Position numbers and translations under genes: made by a program. From a virus (lineage: Duplodnaviria > Caudoviricetes), in IMG/VR virus record IMGVR_UViG_3300030606_000011, positions 1 to 48,456 of that record: a stretch of 48,456 nt of DNA. The stretch is one strand, 5' to 3'. The notes under the pieces were generated by a model, which was not told the origin of the DNA, did no database searches, and saw only the letters and a list, made by a program, of their open reading frames with translations. Below are positions 1-9,501 of the stretch, in pieces (within the stretch, counting starts at the first letter, position 1; each line of letters begins with the position of its first letter).

Positions 1-7
1 CGAGACC

Positions 8-433
8 ATGGCACTCGAAACCGAAGTTGGTGTGGCCGCGCGCAACGCGATGTGCGACGCACTCGCCGATCTCTTCGACGCCGGATCGGCCGCAGGCTAC
101 CTCCAGGTGCGCTCGGGCGCGGCCCCTGCCAACTGCGGCGACGCGAACAGCGGTACGTTGCTCGCGACGCTGCCGCTCAGCGATCCCGCCTTCGGTGCCG
201 CCTCGACGGGCGTCGCGACGGCCAACGCGATCACCGACGACTCCTCGGCCGACGCCTCGGACGACGCGGGCCACTTCCGAGGCTTCGACTCCGACAACGT
301 GTGCCACATCCAAGGCACCGCGGGCGAGTCCGGCGACACCCCGAACATGGTATTCGGGAACAAGTCCATCGTCATGGGCGGCGTCGTCGAGGTCACCGCC
401 TTCACCATCACCATCCCGGCCGCGGGCGCGTAA
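8..433 (+). CDS. Putative virion structural protein
   Basis: 141-aa ORF with protein-like composition; resembles a small beta-rich family common in phage structural regions (GTLLATLPL..PAFG..A.G.ATA). Confidence 0.7.
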   Translation: MALETEVGVAARNAMCDALADLFDAGSAAGYLQVRSGAAPANCGDANSGTLLATLPLSDPAFGAASTGVATANAITDDSSADASDDAGHFRGFDSDNVCHIQGTAGESGDTPNMVFGNKSIVMGGVVEVTAFTITIPAAGA

Positions 434-447
434 CAGGAGAGACCCCG

Positions 448-813
448 ATGCCCGACACCCCTGCACCGAAGAAGGTCTGCCTGACCGAGCAGCACGACGC
501 CGTCCAGGTCGTCGTCGATCTCGCGAAGGCAGCGCAGGCGCACCGCGCCGCATCGCTCGCGGCGATCCGCGCCGGCCACGACCCGGACTCGCCCGAGTAC
601 GAGGCCGCCGTGCGGCCGAGCCAGGACGCGAAGGAGATTCTCCAATCCCTCCGCACGCGGCTGCTCGCCGCCTACGCCGGTCGCCTCGCGCGCACGAAGT
701 CGCTGACGCCCGAGGAGTGCCTGTGCGTCGCGGCCCTCGCCGGGACCGTCACGAACAAACCGCAGTGGGTCAAGGACCTCCTGCGCGAGCAGGCATCCGA
801 GGAGACGCCGTGA
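448..813 (+). CDS. Hypothetical protein
   Basis: ATG 448 preceded by AGGAGA; stop overlaps the next GTG (GTGA). Confidence 0.75.
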   Translation: MPDTPAPKKVCLTEQHDAVQVVVDLAKAAQAHRAASLAAIRAGHDPDSPEYEAAVRPSQDAKEILQSLRTRLLAAYAGRLARTKSLTPEECLCVAALAGTVTNKPQWVKDLLREQASEETP

Positions 814-1022
814 TCTTCGAGTGGCACCCGAAGAGTTGCGCAGCGTCGTCGCCCGCGGTGCAGTTCCGACTGCCCAACCCCGAGAGTCGGGCGCGCGCGG
901 AGTCGCACTACACCGAGGAGACGATCCGCGATCGTCTCCAAAGCATCGCGGACGACCCGCTCGCGCAGCGCGAACGCACTTACCTGCACGGCCTTCTCTC
1001 ACGTCTGAGCGCGCAGGGGTAG
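810..1022 (+). CDS. Hypothetical protein
   Basis: GTG coupled to the upstream TGA, GAGGAG upstream. Confidence 0.6.
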   Translation: MIFEWHPKSCAASSPAVQFRLPNPESRARAESHYTEETIRDRLQSIADDPLAQRERTYLHGLLSRLSAQG

Positions 1023-1088
1023 CCGGGTGCCCCCACTCCTCACCGACGTCCAGCGCCGCTATCGTGAGGGGCTTCTCGTCGCGGAGGG

Positions 1089-1412
1089 GTGATGGACTTC
1101 TCACGCCCGTCGATTGCCGACGTGCAACGCCGCCTCGGGATCGACGTCGAAACGGAGGCACCGCGTCCACGGGTGGACAAGAGGTACGGCAAACCTCCGG
1201 CGAACAAGATCGAGTACGACGACTGCAATGCCCTCGGGTGTGACCGCCCCCGCAAGATGGTACGTACCCATGATGGTTACGATGTGCGTCACCGTTTCTG
1301 CGGCCACCACATCTGCAGGAAACGGAAGTACGGAGAGATCCCAGAGGAGAAGTCGCGACCTGGAGGGCCGCGGGGTGCCGGATCGGGCCTTTCGCCCCGT
1401 GCTGATGAGTGA
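1089..1412 (+). CDS. Hypothetical protein with Cys/His cluster
   Basis: GGAGG upstream; CxxxxC...CxxHxC pattern. Confidence 0.55.
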   Translation: MMDFSRPSIADVQRRLGIDVETEAPRPRVDKRYGKPPANKIEYDDCNALGCDRPRKMVRTHDGYDVRHRFCGHHICRKRKYGEIPEEKSRPGGPRGAGSGLSPRADE

Positions 1413-1492
1413 AAGGATGTCTCCACTTGGACCGCACGCGGCGCCCCACGATCCCAGGCAATGAAGCGGAAGTACGGAGAGATCCAGAGGAG
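1323..1492 (+). repeat. Direct repeat of 26-27 bp (1323-1349 and 1467-1492)
   Basis: CGGAAGTACGGAGAGATCC(C)AGAGGAG twice with a 1-nt indel; the second copy supplies the RBS of the 1501 gene. Confidence 0.9.
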
Positions 1493-1500
1493 CCACAGCG

Positions 1501-2154
1501 ATGAAGAGAATTTCCAACTGGTGCCTGGTCATCGCGTTCGCTGCGTTCGTCGCTGTCGCCGCCCTGCGCGTGGCGCGGGCGCAGGAGGCCGAGGGCGCGA
1601 AGTTGACGCTCATGCAAGGTGCGGGTGTCGTCGATCCGCAGGACTACGAGATTGCTAGGCTCAAGGGAGACCGCCAGAAGTTCCCCGATCTGCACGAGCC
1701 TCCGCGCGTGGTGCTCCGCAAGGTGTACCGCTTCACGTTCGTGGAGCCCGACCCTTCCGACACCGACTACTCGGACGGGATCCTTCCGTTGAAGGACGAG
1801 AACGGCAACCCCGTCGAGTACTACGTACACGCCCCCGATGTCATCGAGTCGATGGACATGGGGGTGGGCGACGGCATCACGCGTCCTTTCCGTGGCGTGC
1901 TGCGATCGAATTCGATCGGTCGTGTCTGCATCCCCGTAGAGGAGATCGGCCTCATTGAAAAGTTGATGGCCGACCAGGTGTGGAGGAAGGATCTGTGGGT
2001 GGTTCGTTCCAGAGCGGGGTCGAACATGCCTCCATTCGTCGTTCAGATGCCGTTCAACGAGCTTTGCGAATTCGTAGCGAAGTATCAGAATCGTGAACTG
2101 ATCCGATTCGAGTGGTCCGCACCTTCTCCGGCACCGTTCGAGGAGCCGGAGTAG
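1501..2154 (+). CDS. Hypothetical exported protein (N-terminal signal peptide)
   Basis: GAGGAG RBS; MKR + hydrophobic stretch + ARA-Q cleavage-like site. Confidence 0.75.
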   Translation: MKRISNWCLVIAFAAFVAVAALRVARAQEAEGAKLTLMQGAGVVDPQDYEIARLKGDRQKFPDLHEPPRVVLRKVYRFTFVEPDPSDTDYSDGILPLKDENGNPVEYYVHAPDVIESMDMGVGDGITRPFRGVLRSNSIGRVCIPVEEIGLIEKLMADQVWRKDLWVVRSRAGSNMPPFVVQMPFNELCEFVAKYQNRELIRFEWSAPSPAPFEEPE

Positions 2155-2156
2155 TC

Positions 2157-2645
2157 ATGTCGACGATCACACTCCCGCCCCCGAACGGCCAGACGTGGGC
2201 GGAGACCCTTGCGGGCCTCTCCTCGGGGACCCCGCAGGAGGCCCTCAACATCGCGCGCCAGGTGGTCGTCGCGGTCCTGCGCGACAAGGGCGCGACGGTC
2301 ACCGCGTACTCGTGGGGCGCTCCGAAGCCGGGACTCGACTCGACGGACCCGATCGTGGTCGACGTCGAGAGCGAGACGGACCCGCTGCCGACCGTCTCAC
2401 TGGTCGAGATGCGTGACGCGTACCTCGCGTGGCGCGCGATCATCGACGCCGCCGACGCGGCGCGGCTGGCAGAGGAGCAGGCCGTCGCGACCGCGGCCGG
2501 TGAGGATCTGCCGTCCATGGCGCAGATCGAGGCGCTCATCACCGACACGCTGAGCGCCGCGAGCAATCTCGGACAACTCAAGACCGCGACGGGCACGCTG
2601 CTGCTGCGTCTGTGCGCGCATCTCCGGAAGAGGGGAGCGATCTAG
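2157..2645 (+). CDS. Hypothetical protein, possible fibre-assembly or structural accessory
   Basis: ATG 2 nt after the upstream TAG; GC3-rich codon usage. Confidence 0.7.
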   Translation: MSTITLPPPNGQTWAETLAGLSSGTPQEALNIARQVVVAVLRDKGATVTAYSWGAPKPGLDSTDPIVVDVESETDPLPTVSLVEMRDAYLAWRAIIDAADAARLAEEQAVATAAGEDLPSMAQIEALITDTLSAASNLGQLKTATGTLLLRLCAHLRKRGAI

Positions 2646-2649
2646 TCCG

Positions 2650-3945
2650 GTGCGAAGCCTCGTATTTCCCTGTTTCCCGGGTGGGAATATTGGTGCCGGA
2701 GTCGGGACCGTCTACTTCCCTTTGAATACGGACGCTTCGAACTCCGGGGGAGCCGCGACCGAGAACCTCGCGTACTCCGTCATGCCTGCGACGGTCACGT
2801 TCAGGAAGTTGCGGGCTGTCGTCACTGGAGCGGGGTTCTCTGCTGGTGAGTCTGCCACCATCACACTCAGAACATCGGACGACGACGGTTCCAATTGGAG
2901 TGATACAGGTCTCTCGGTAACTGTTTCTGACTCGGTGACCGGAGACAACGAGGACGGAGTTGATGTCACGCTTGCCCGTGGAGACAGAGCTTGTTGGAAG
3001 GTGGTGAGAGCGGGAGGGAACGTCGGGAACGATCAGACCACCTGGACTTGTGAGATGGATTGCGCTGATGGCCAACCCATCTTCGGGAGCCAGAGGACAC
3101 AGCGCATCGCGAACGATGATCCGGCCCCTAATGGGTGGGGAGACACGAGTGGGTCTACGTACTTCTTCTACTTTGGCTGCGATGGCACACTCAAGAACTT
3201 GACCGTGGCAACAGACGTGGCTGCGGGAGCCGGAGAGAGTTGGAGCGGAACAGTTCAAGTAGCAGACGGGAGTTTCGCGGATACTTCGTTCGCTTCTGCC
3301 GGGTTCGATGCACCGATGGGAGCGACGGATCTTGAAGGTGAGGATACGTCCACGACACTTGCACTGGAACGGGGCGACAAGTTCTATTGCAAGTTCATTA
3401 GATCCACCGCGTCCGTCGCTGCGTCGTGCAAGGCGTGGTCTTGCATCTTCGCGCCGGACACGGATGGGTTGAGTACGTACTCCTACCGTGCTTCGATCAA
3501 CGACACGCTGGCGCAGTACGGACCTGCCGGACTCGGCGGTAACACCAGCATCATACGCACCAATGAGACACAAGTACAGAACCCCGTCCCTTCCGCTGAT
3601 TGGACCGTGCGAGACGCTTTCTTTCACGTTCAGAACGACACGAGCACTCCCGGCACCGGGAACGAGCGTGGTATCGACTTCCGTGTCGATGCGGCGAGTA
3701 CGGGTCCCTCGCTCCTCCTCGGGGCGACGGACGTGCTCGACGAGGATCTCGTCAACACGGTCGCGCTCGACGCGGGGGACCTGATCGACTGGCTGTGGAC
3801 GATTGGTGGGTCGGCCGCGTGCGACAATCTCGGTAACGTCCGGGTCGGGTTCGTGCTAGAAGACACGGCGGTGGCAGCGGCCGACGCATCTCCCCCATGG
3901 TCCGCTCTCCGCCGTCCCGCATTCTTCGTACATCTCAGGAGGTGA
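2650..3945 (+). CDS. Putative virion structural/fibre protein (beta-rich, multi-domain)
   Basis: 431-aa ORF rich in T/S/G/D, in the structural cluster; visibly more A/T at third codon positions than its neighbours. Confidence 0.7.
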   Translation: MRSLVFPCFPGGNIGAGVGTVYFPLNTDASNSGGAATENLAYSVMPATVTFRKLRAVVTGAGFSAGESATITLRTSDDDGSNWSDTGLSVTVSDSVTGDNEDGVDVTLARGDRACWKVVRAGGNVGNDQTTWTCEMDCADGQPIFGSQRTQRIANDDPAPNGWGDTSGSTYFFYFGCDGTLKNLTVATDVAAGAGESWSGTVQVADGSFADTSFASAGFDAPMGATDLEGEDTSTTLALERGDKFYCKFIRSTASVAASCKAWSCIFAPDTDGLSTYSYRASINDTLAQYGPAGLGGNTSIIRTNETQVQNPVPSADWTVRDAFFHVQNDTSTPGTGNERGIDFRVDAASTGPSLLLGATDVLDEDLVNTVALDAGDLIDWLWTIGGSAACDNLGNVRVGFVLEDTAVAAADASPPWSALRRPAFFVHLRR

Positions 3946-3948
3946 CCT

Positions 3949-4431
3949 GTGGGTCGCTTGTATTCGATTCCGCTCGCCTTCACGGCGCACACGGCGGCGG
4001 GTGACATCGTCGAGATCATCGCGCCCGCTGGTGCCCTGCTCGACATCCACGAGATCAAGCTCACGCAGTCGACCGAGGCTGGTGATGCTGAGAGCGAGCA
4101 ACTTGCGTTCACGCTCACACGTGCCACAGGCTCCTACACGAGCGGATCGGGTGGTACGTCCGTCACGCCGGTTCCGCTCGACGGGTCCGACGTGGCGGCG
4201 TCGTTCACCGCCGAGATGGCGAACACGACGGACGCGTCGGCTGGATCGGGAGCGTTGACCAACATGTGGCACGATGCCGTGAACGTCCACGTCGGATTGC
4301 ACTACCTGCCGACTCCCGAGTCGCGTCCCCGCTGTGGTGTGAGCCAGGCGTTCATCCTCACGCTCGACGGGGCACCGGCGGACAGCGTCTCGATCGGTGG
4401 CTACATCATCGTCGAGGAGATCGGCACCTAG
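3949..4431 (+). CDS. Putative virion structural protein
   Basis: AGGAGG RBS, tightly packed in the operon. Confidence 0.7.
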   Translation: MGRLYSIPLAFTAHTAAGDIVEIIAPAGALLDIHEIKLTQSTEAGDAESEQLAFTLTRATGSYTSGSGGTSVTPVPLDGSDVAASFTAEMANTTDASAGSGALTNMWHDAVNVHVGLHYLPTPESRPRCGVSQAFILTLDGAPADSVSIGGYIIVEEIGT

Positions 4432-4434
4432 TCG

Positions 4435-5961
4435 ATGGGCTACGGAGTCTTCCGTCGTCGGCCTCTTCCGCGCAGGCGCATCGGTCTGCCGTGGCTCGGG
4501 GTCACGGCGGCAGGCGGGAACACGCTCCTCGACGACGTCCTCGTCCACTACACGATGGACGAGGAAGCCGGGAACGACCGGCTCGACTCCATCGGTGCGC
4601 TCGATCTCGACGAGGCGTCGACGTCGGGCAGCGTCGGCCAAACCGCGAGCGGCAAGATCGACGGGGCCGCGGACTTCGACGCCTCCGACGCACAGCGCCT
4701 GATCCGTCCGAGTCACGACGCGTCCCTCGCGATGGACTCGACGCGTATGGCTGCGTTCTGGGTGCGGCTCGACACCGTCGCTTCCGGGACCGGCATCATC
4801 GCCGGAATGCACAACGCGGGCGTCAGCGGGTCGTCCTGGCGCGTCTACCGCTCGACGGCCGCGATCGTGTTCAGACTCACGGACGGGACGGGCACGAAGG
4901 AACTCTCCGTCGGCTCGCTCTCCGCCGACACCTGGTACGCGGTCATCGTCTACCACGACACCAGCGACGACACGCTCGGGATCTCCGTGACCCCGGACTC
5001 GGAGTCGGCGCTCAGCGCGTTCACGACCGACTCCGTCGGACTCACGCCGATCGAGGGCAACGCGGTTCTCGCCTTCGGCGCGGCTTCGGCGGGCGGCTCG
5101 CCTCTCGACGGCAAGGCCGACGAGTTCGCGATGTGGGCTGCGATCAAGTCCGAGGCGGACCTGGAAGCGTGGTTCAACGGTGGCGACGGACTCGCCGTCG
5201 CCGAATGGGGCACATCGGGGGCTGTCACCTTCACGGCGACGGTCACCGCGGTCGTCGGCGGAGCTGCCGCCGCCGCGACTGCCGATCACGAAGTGCCGAC
5301 GTTCTCGGCGACGTCGGCGAGCACCGCGGGCGGCGCGGCATCCGCGGCGACGGCGACGCACGAGGCCCCGACCTTCTCGGCGACGCTCGCCGCGACGACG
5401 GGCGGGGCCGCGAGCGACGCGGATGCGGCGTTCGACAGTGGGACGTACTCGGCCGCCATCGCGAGTACGCCGGGAGGAGCCGCAGCCACCGCGACCGCCG
5501 CGCACGAGGCCCCGACCTTCTCGGCGGCCACCGCTTGCACCAGCGGCGGCGCCGCGAGCGCGATCGAAGCGATCTCAGGGTTTGGCACCTACACCGCCGC
5601 GGTGACGAGCATCACAGGAGGGGCCGCAGCCGCCGCAACGGCGGGCAGCGAGCCCCCGACGTTCTCGGCGACCTTGGCGACGCAGACCGGAGGCGTCGCC
5701 GTCGCGGTCTTCGCGGGATACGACTCGGGGACGTTCACTGCCGCGGTCTCGAGCGTCACCGGGGGTGCTGCGGCGGCACTCACCGCGGAGAGCGATCCGC
5801 CGACTTTCACGGCGACGATGGCCTGCACGGTGGGTGGCGCGCGGGCGTCAGGACAAGCGCAGCCCCTCGGGCTGATCCTGCTCGGCTACCGCACACTGGA
5901 GCACGCGGGCATCCGTGCGCGAGAGTGGCCAGGGTTCCGGGTTTTGGAGCGCGCCCCGTGA
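4435..5961 (+). CDS. LamG/concanavalin A-like domain protein with Ala/Thr-rich repeat stalk
   Basis: LamG motifs (LVHYTMDE, GKIDGAADF, FWVR, WYAVIVYHD, GKADEFAMW) followed by nine 24-aa repeats T[FY][ST]A..A...GGA. Confidence 0.8.
   Translation: MGYGVFRRRPLPRRRIGLPWLGVTAAGGNTLLDDVLVHYTMDEEAGNDRLDSIGALDLDEASTSGSVGQTASGKIDGAADFDASDAQRLIRPSHDASLAMDSTRMAAFWVRLDTVASGTGIIAGMHNAGVSGSSWRVYRSTAAIVFRLTDGTGTKELSVGSLSADTWYAVIVYHDTSDDTLGISVTPDSESALSAFTTDSVGLTPIEGNAVLAFGAASAGGSPLDGKADEFAMWAAIKSEADLEAWFNGGDGLAVAEWGTSGAVTFTATVTAVVGGAAAAATADHEVPTFSATSASTAGGAASAATATHEAPTFSATLAATTGGAASDADAAFDSGTYSAAIASTPGGAAATATAAHEAPTFSAATACTSGGAASAIEAISGFGTYTAAVTSITGGAAAAATAGSEPPTFSATLATQTGGVAVAVFAGYDSGTFTAAVSSVTGGAAAALTAESDPPTFTATMACTVGGARASGQAQPLGLILLGYRTLEHAGIRAREWPGFRVLERAP
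5227..5874 (+). repeat. Nine degenerate 72-bp (24-aa) coding repeats
   Basis: e.g. TFSATSASTAGGAASAATATHEAP, with a period of 72 nt. Confidence 0.85.
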
Positions 5962-6013
5962 CGCACGCTCCACGCACTCTGGTAGCCTGCGCTGAACCTT
6001 CGGGGGCACGCGC

Positions 6014-6409
6014 ATGACCACCACGTACGGCGTTCGCTACCGGCAGTCGGCGCACTGCAACGCCTTCGACATCGGGCTGACCTACACGCGCGAGTTCTCG
6101 TTCTACACGGGGCCGTCCGAAAGCGCCTACGCCACGGACATCTCGCTCTACGACGCCGTGAAGCTCGTGGTCTACGACAGCGCGAACGTCAAGGTCGACA
6201 TCTTCACGGCGACGATCCTGGACGACGACGAGTACCTGGAGGACGACGCGTCGGGCACCCCGGTGGCGAACCGTTGCCGGTTCACGATCCTGCCCACCGG
6301 GTCGCCGGGCAACTACTTCTTCCACGTCATCGGGATCACCGCGGGCGTGCCCCACCAACTCGCGACCCCGGCCAAGGTCGGGTACTACGAAGGGCCGCCT
6401 ACGTCGTGA
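6014..6409 (+). CDS. Hypothetical structural protein
   Basis: 131-aa ORF, GC3-rich codons, position before the head-closure gene. Confidence 0.7.
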   Translation: MTTTYGVRYRQSAHCNAFDIGLTYTREFSFYTGPSESAYATDISLYDAVKLVVYDSANVKVDIFTATILDDDEYLEDDASGTPVANRCRFTILPTGSPGNYFFHVIGITAGVPHQLATPAKVGYYEGPPTS

Positions 6410-6543
6410 GCGCGCACCGTTCGCCGTCGATCGGCTCCGGGCAGACTCGGACCTTCTCTCCGGGGGCGGGTCGCGGGTGCCTTGGTCTCGGCCCCGGGAC
6501 CGCGGCGGCTCGGGTCGATCGACACCGAGGAGTGCGCGCATGA
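6406..6543 (+). CDS. Possible 45-aa ORF
   Basis: Coupled at both ends (GTGA at 6406, ATGA at 6540); no recognisable motif. Confidence 0.35.
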   Translation: MSAHRSPSIGSGQTRTFSPGAGRGCLGLGPGTAAARVDRHRGVRA

Positions 6544-6956
6544 GCACGGCTCTCGACGCCGAGATGGCCGCGGCGGTGCTCGAAGTGCTGGCCGAGATCG
6601 GGGTCACCGCGGTGCTTTCGAGTGTTTCACGTGGAACATCGTCGGGCGGCGTGCGCAGTCCGGACGTCGTGACGGACACGACGCTGCTCGCCAGCCCGCC
6701 GATCAGCATGTCCGCCGCGCGTGCGAAAGCGAATTCCAGCGGGCGCGTCATCGGGCTGACCAGCGGCGAGGTCATCGCGACCGATCTCTACGTCCTCATC
6801 GGCACCACGTCGACCGCGGGTGCGGCGATCACCCCGCCGACCCCGAGACATGATCGGTTCACGATCGCCGGCGTCACGTACGCCATCTGGCAGGTGGCGT
6901 CGATCTACTCCGGCGACGACGTGGCCGTCTACGAATTGCAATTGCGAAAGTCCTGA
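6540..6956 (+). CDS. Putative head-closure / head-tail joining protein
   Basis: GAGGAG RBS; size, position and C-terminal D.F.I.G..Y.I..V......YELQLR pattern. Confidence 0.7.
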   Translation: MSTALDAEMAAAVLEVLAEIGVTAVLSSVSRGTSSGGVRSPDVVTDTTLLASPPISMSAARAKANSSGRVIGLTSGEVIATDLYVLIGTTSTAGAAITPPTPRHDRFTIAGVTYAIWQVASIYSGDDVAVYELQLRKS

Positions 6957-7420
6957 TGGCAGCCCCCTACGTCCGCCGAGACTTCCACCGCGGCGTGTCC
7001 CGATGGGTGCGTGGCGTCCACGCGTCCATCGACGCCGTCCACAAGGAAGTCCTGCGCCGCGGCCTCACGTACATGACCCGAACGACGCCGGTCCTGTCCG
7101 GTCGGGCGCGGGCGAGCTGGCGCATGGGGTTCGGGCGCGTGCTCCTGGACGCCGACCGACGCCCCGACATCGGAGGGTTCGGGTACGCCGCGGCTGCCGC
7201 GGCCGGGGACGTGGTCCTACAGTGGCAGTTCGTCAAGGTCCGCATGGCGCCGCTCGGCGGCGACGTCTGGATCACGAACAACGTCGCCTACGCCATCCCA
7301 CTCGAAGACGGTCACAGCCCCAAGGGCCGCGCCATGCTGCGCGGCACGCTCAAGCGCATCCTGTCCGAGTTCGACGAGATCGTGGCGACCGCGCGACGCA
7401 GCGCATGGCGCATCGCATGA
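6956..7420 (+). CDS. HK97 gp10-like neck / tail-completion protein
   Basis: TPVLSGRARASW and ITNNVAYA..LE.GHS motifs. Confidence 0.8.
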   Translation: MAAPYVRRDFHRGVSRWVRGVHASIDAVHKEVLRRGLTYMTRTTPVLSGRARASWRMGFGRVLLDADRRPDIGGFGYAAAAAAGDVVLQWQFVKVRMAPLGGDVWITNNVAYAIPLEDGHSPKGRAMLRGTLKRILSEFDEIVATARRSAWRIA

Positions 7421-7842
7421 GCGTCGACCACAACGCCGTCGTCCAGACCTTCCACGCCGAACTCGCGCGGCTCGACGAGTCGATCCTCTCGAAGATCCGG
7501 TGGGAGAACGAGGCGGACGACCCTACGGGCGTGCAGGACTTCTACGTCGAGGCAACCTTCCTGCCCTACGCCGAAACGCCGGTGGGCAGCGGGTACGACC
7601 GCCTGACCGGCGAACTGCGCCTCGCGGTCATGGGGCCGCGTGGGCGTGGGGTGGACGATCTGCGCCAAGTGGCGTTGCAGTTGAAAGCGCTGTTTCGTGC
7701 CGGACAGAGCCTTGTGGGGGAGACTGTGGTGGTCGTTCTGAGTTGTGAGATACTGTCTGGGCGTTCCAAGGATGAGATGCGCTACGCGTTGCCCGTGGTG
7801 GTCTCGTTCCGGTCGGACGCCCTTCGCGATCGAGGAGTCTGA
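7417..7842 (+). CDS. Tail terminator protein
   Basis: ATGA overlap; I.WEN motif; position immediately before the tail tube gene. Confidence 0.75.
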   Translation: MSVDHNAVVQTFHAELARLDESILSKIRWENEADDPTGVQDFYVEATFLPYAETPVGSGYDRLTGELRLAVMGPRGRGVDDLRQVALQLKALFRAGQSLVGETVVVVLSCEILSGRSKDEMRYALPVVVSFRSDALRDRGV

Positions 7843-7844
7843 CC

Positions 7845-9017
7845 ATGGCGTTCGCTTCCGGAGCCCGCGTTCAACTGACGTACGTCCCGGAAGTCACTCC
7901 GGGCACGACCCCGACCACCCCGACGATGGTGGTCCAACGGTTCACGAGCGCAGACATCAACCCCCGTAAGGGCGCGTTGGAGTCGCAAGAAGTGCGCGCG
8001 GACCGCCAGACGGTGTCCTACCGCCACGGGATGCGCAGCGTCGAGGGCACCATCGGCGGTGAACTCGCGCTCCAGGCGCACGACGATTTCATCGAGGCGG
8101 CTCTGGGTGGCGCGTGGGCGAACACCGTCACCAACGCGACCGACATCGGGGTCACGAACCCCGACCAGGTCGTGCGTGCGACCGGCTCGTTCCTGACCGA
8201 AGGGTTCCGGCCGGGCGACGTCGTCGCACTCTCCGGACTCGCCGTCGGCGGGGACGACGGGAACTACCTCGTCACCGCGGTGACGGCGCTCGCCATGACG
8301 CTCGTGAACCTCGACGGGTCGACCATCGGCATCACGACCGAGGCGGCCGGCGCGGGACCGGGTGTCGACCTGGTCGGTGACCGCGTCGAAATCGGGACCA
8401 CCAAGGCGTTCTTCACGATGGAGCGCGGCTTCCTCGACATCGCGCAGTACGAGGTCTTCCGGGGCGTCACGATCAACTCGATGGCGGTGGACGTCCAGCC
8501 CGAGAACGTCCCGACGATTTCCTACGGGGTGCTCGGGCTCGACTTCGACGAGGCCACGGGCACGCCGCTCGACGGCACGCCCACCGCGGCGCCCTCGAAC
8601 GAGGCGATGTCCCCCTTCGAGGGTGGCATCTACGAGAACGGCACGCTCATCGCGATCCTGACCGGCATCGCGTTCACGCTGGAGAACGGGCGCACGTCGC
8701 AGGGGGCGATCGGCCAGAACTCGGCCGTGGACATCGCGGAGGGCGACGCCAAGGTCACCGGGCAGGTGAGCGCCCTGTTCACCGACGCCGCGCTCTACAA
8801 CAAGTTCGTCAACGAGACCGAGTCGTCGCTGTGGCTGCGTCTGGTCGACCCGGCCGACAACGCCGAGTTCATCAACGTCGTCATCCCGAGGATCAAGTAC
8901 ACCGGCGCGTCCAAGTCCCCGCCCAAGACGGGCGACATCGTGATGGACATGCCCTTCATGGGCCTGCGCCACGCGACGACCGGGACGACGCTCTCGATCC
9001 AGCGCTCGAACAGCTAA
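7845..9017 (+). CDS. Major tail (tube) protein
   Basis: GAGGAG RBS; L.YVPEVT.GTTP, S.E.RADRQ...R.G...V.G...EL and FTMERGF.DI motifs. Confidence 0.9.
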   Translation: MAFASGARVQLTYVPEVTPGTTPTTPTMVVQRFTSADINPRKGALESQEVRADRQTVSYRHGMRSVEGTIGGELALQAHDDFIEAALGGAWANTVTNATDIGVTNPDQVVRATGSFLTEGFRPGDVVALSGLAVGGDDGNYLVTAVTALAMTLVNLDGSTIGITTEAAGAGPGVDLVGDRVEIGTTKAFFTMERGFLDIAQYEVFRGVTINSMAVDVQPENVPTISYGVLGLDFDEATGTPLDGTPTAAPSNEAMSPFEGGIYENGTLIAILTGIAFTLENGRTSQGAIGQNSAVDIAEGDAKVTGQVSALFTDAALYNKFVNETESSLWLRLVDPADNAEFINVVIPRIKYTGASKSPPKTGDIVMDMPFMGLRHATTGTTLSIQRSNS

Positions 9018-9084
9018 CGCTTCGGGGATGTCTGACGGTCAGACCGCCCCTCCCCACGGCCTCTGAGAAGGAGAGACCGCCACC

Positions 9085-9501
9085 ATGGACTTGAGCCAAT
9101 TCGACACCGCCCTGAAGGGTGAAGTCGGGGCGACGATGACGGTGCTGAGCCCCGCCGACGACTCCCCACTGATCGACGAGACGACGGGCGAGCCCGTCAC
9201 GATCACGCTGCTCGGGGCCGACAGCCCTACGTACCAGTCGACCATGCACCGCGTCGCGAAGTCCGGGCGTGAGATCCGCCTGGGCGGTCGTGGCAGCGTG
9301 CAGATCGACAGCCAGCAGGTCGCGGCGAACAAGATCGCCCTGCTCGCTGCCTGCACGAAGTCGTGGTGCGGCATCGTCTTCGAGGGCCAGGCCCTCGCAT
9401 GCAACGAGGCCAACGCGAAGCGCCTCTACATCGCGCTGCCGTGGCTGCGCGAGCAGGTCGACGCCTTCGTCCAGGACCGGAGCAACTTCCTGGGGGACTG
9501 A
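9085..9501 (+). CDS. Tail assembly chaperone (gpG-like)
   Basis: AAGGAG RBS; I.LLGADS..Y and PWLREQVDAFV..RSNFL; position between tube and tape measure genes. Confidence 0.88.
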   Translation: MDLSQFDTALKGEVGATMTVLSPADDSPLIDETTGEPVTITLLGADSPTYQSTMHRVAKSGREIRLGGRGSVQIDSQQVAANKIALLAACTKSWCGIVFEGQALACNEANAKRLYIALPWLREQVDAFVQDRSNFLGD

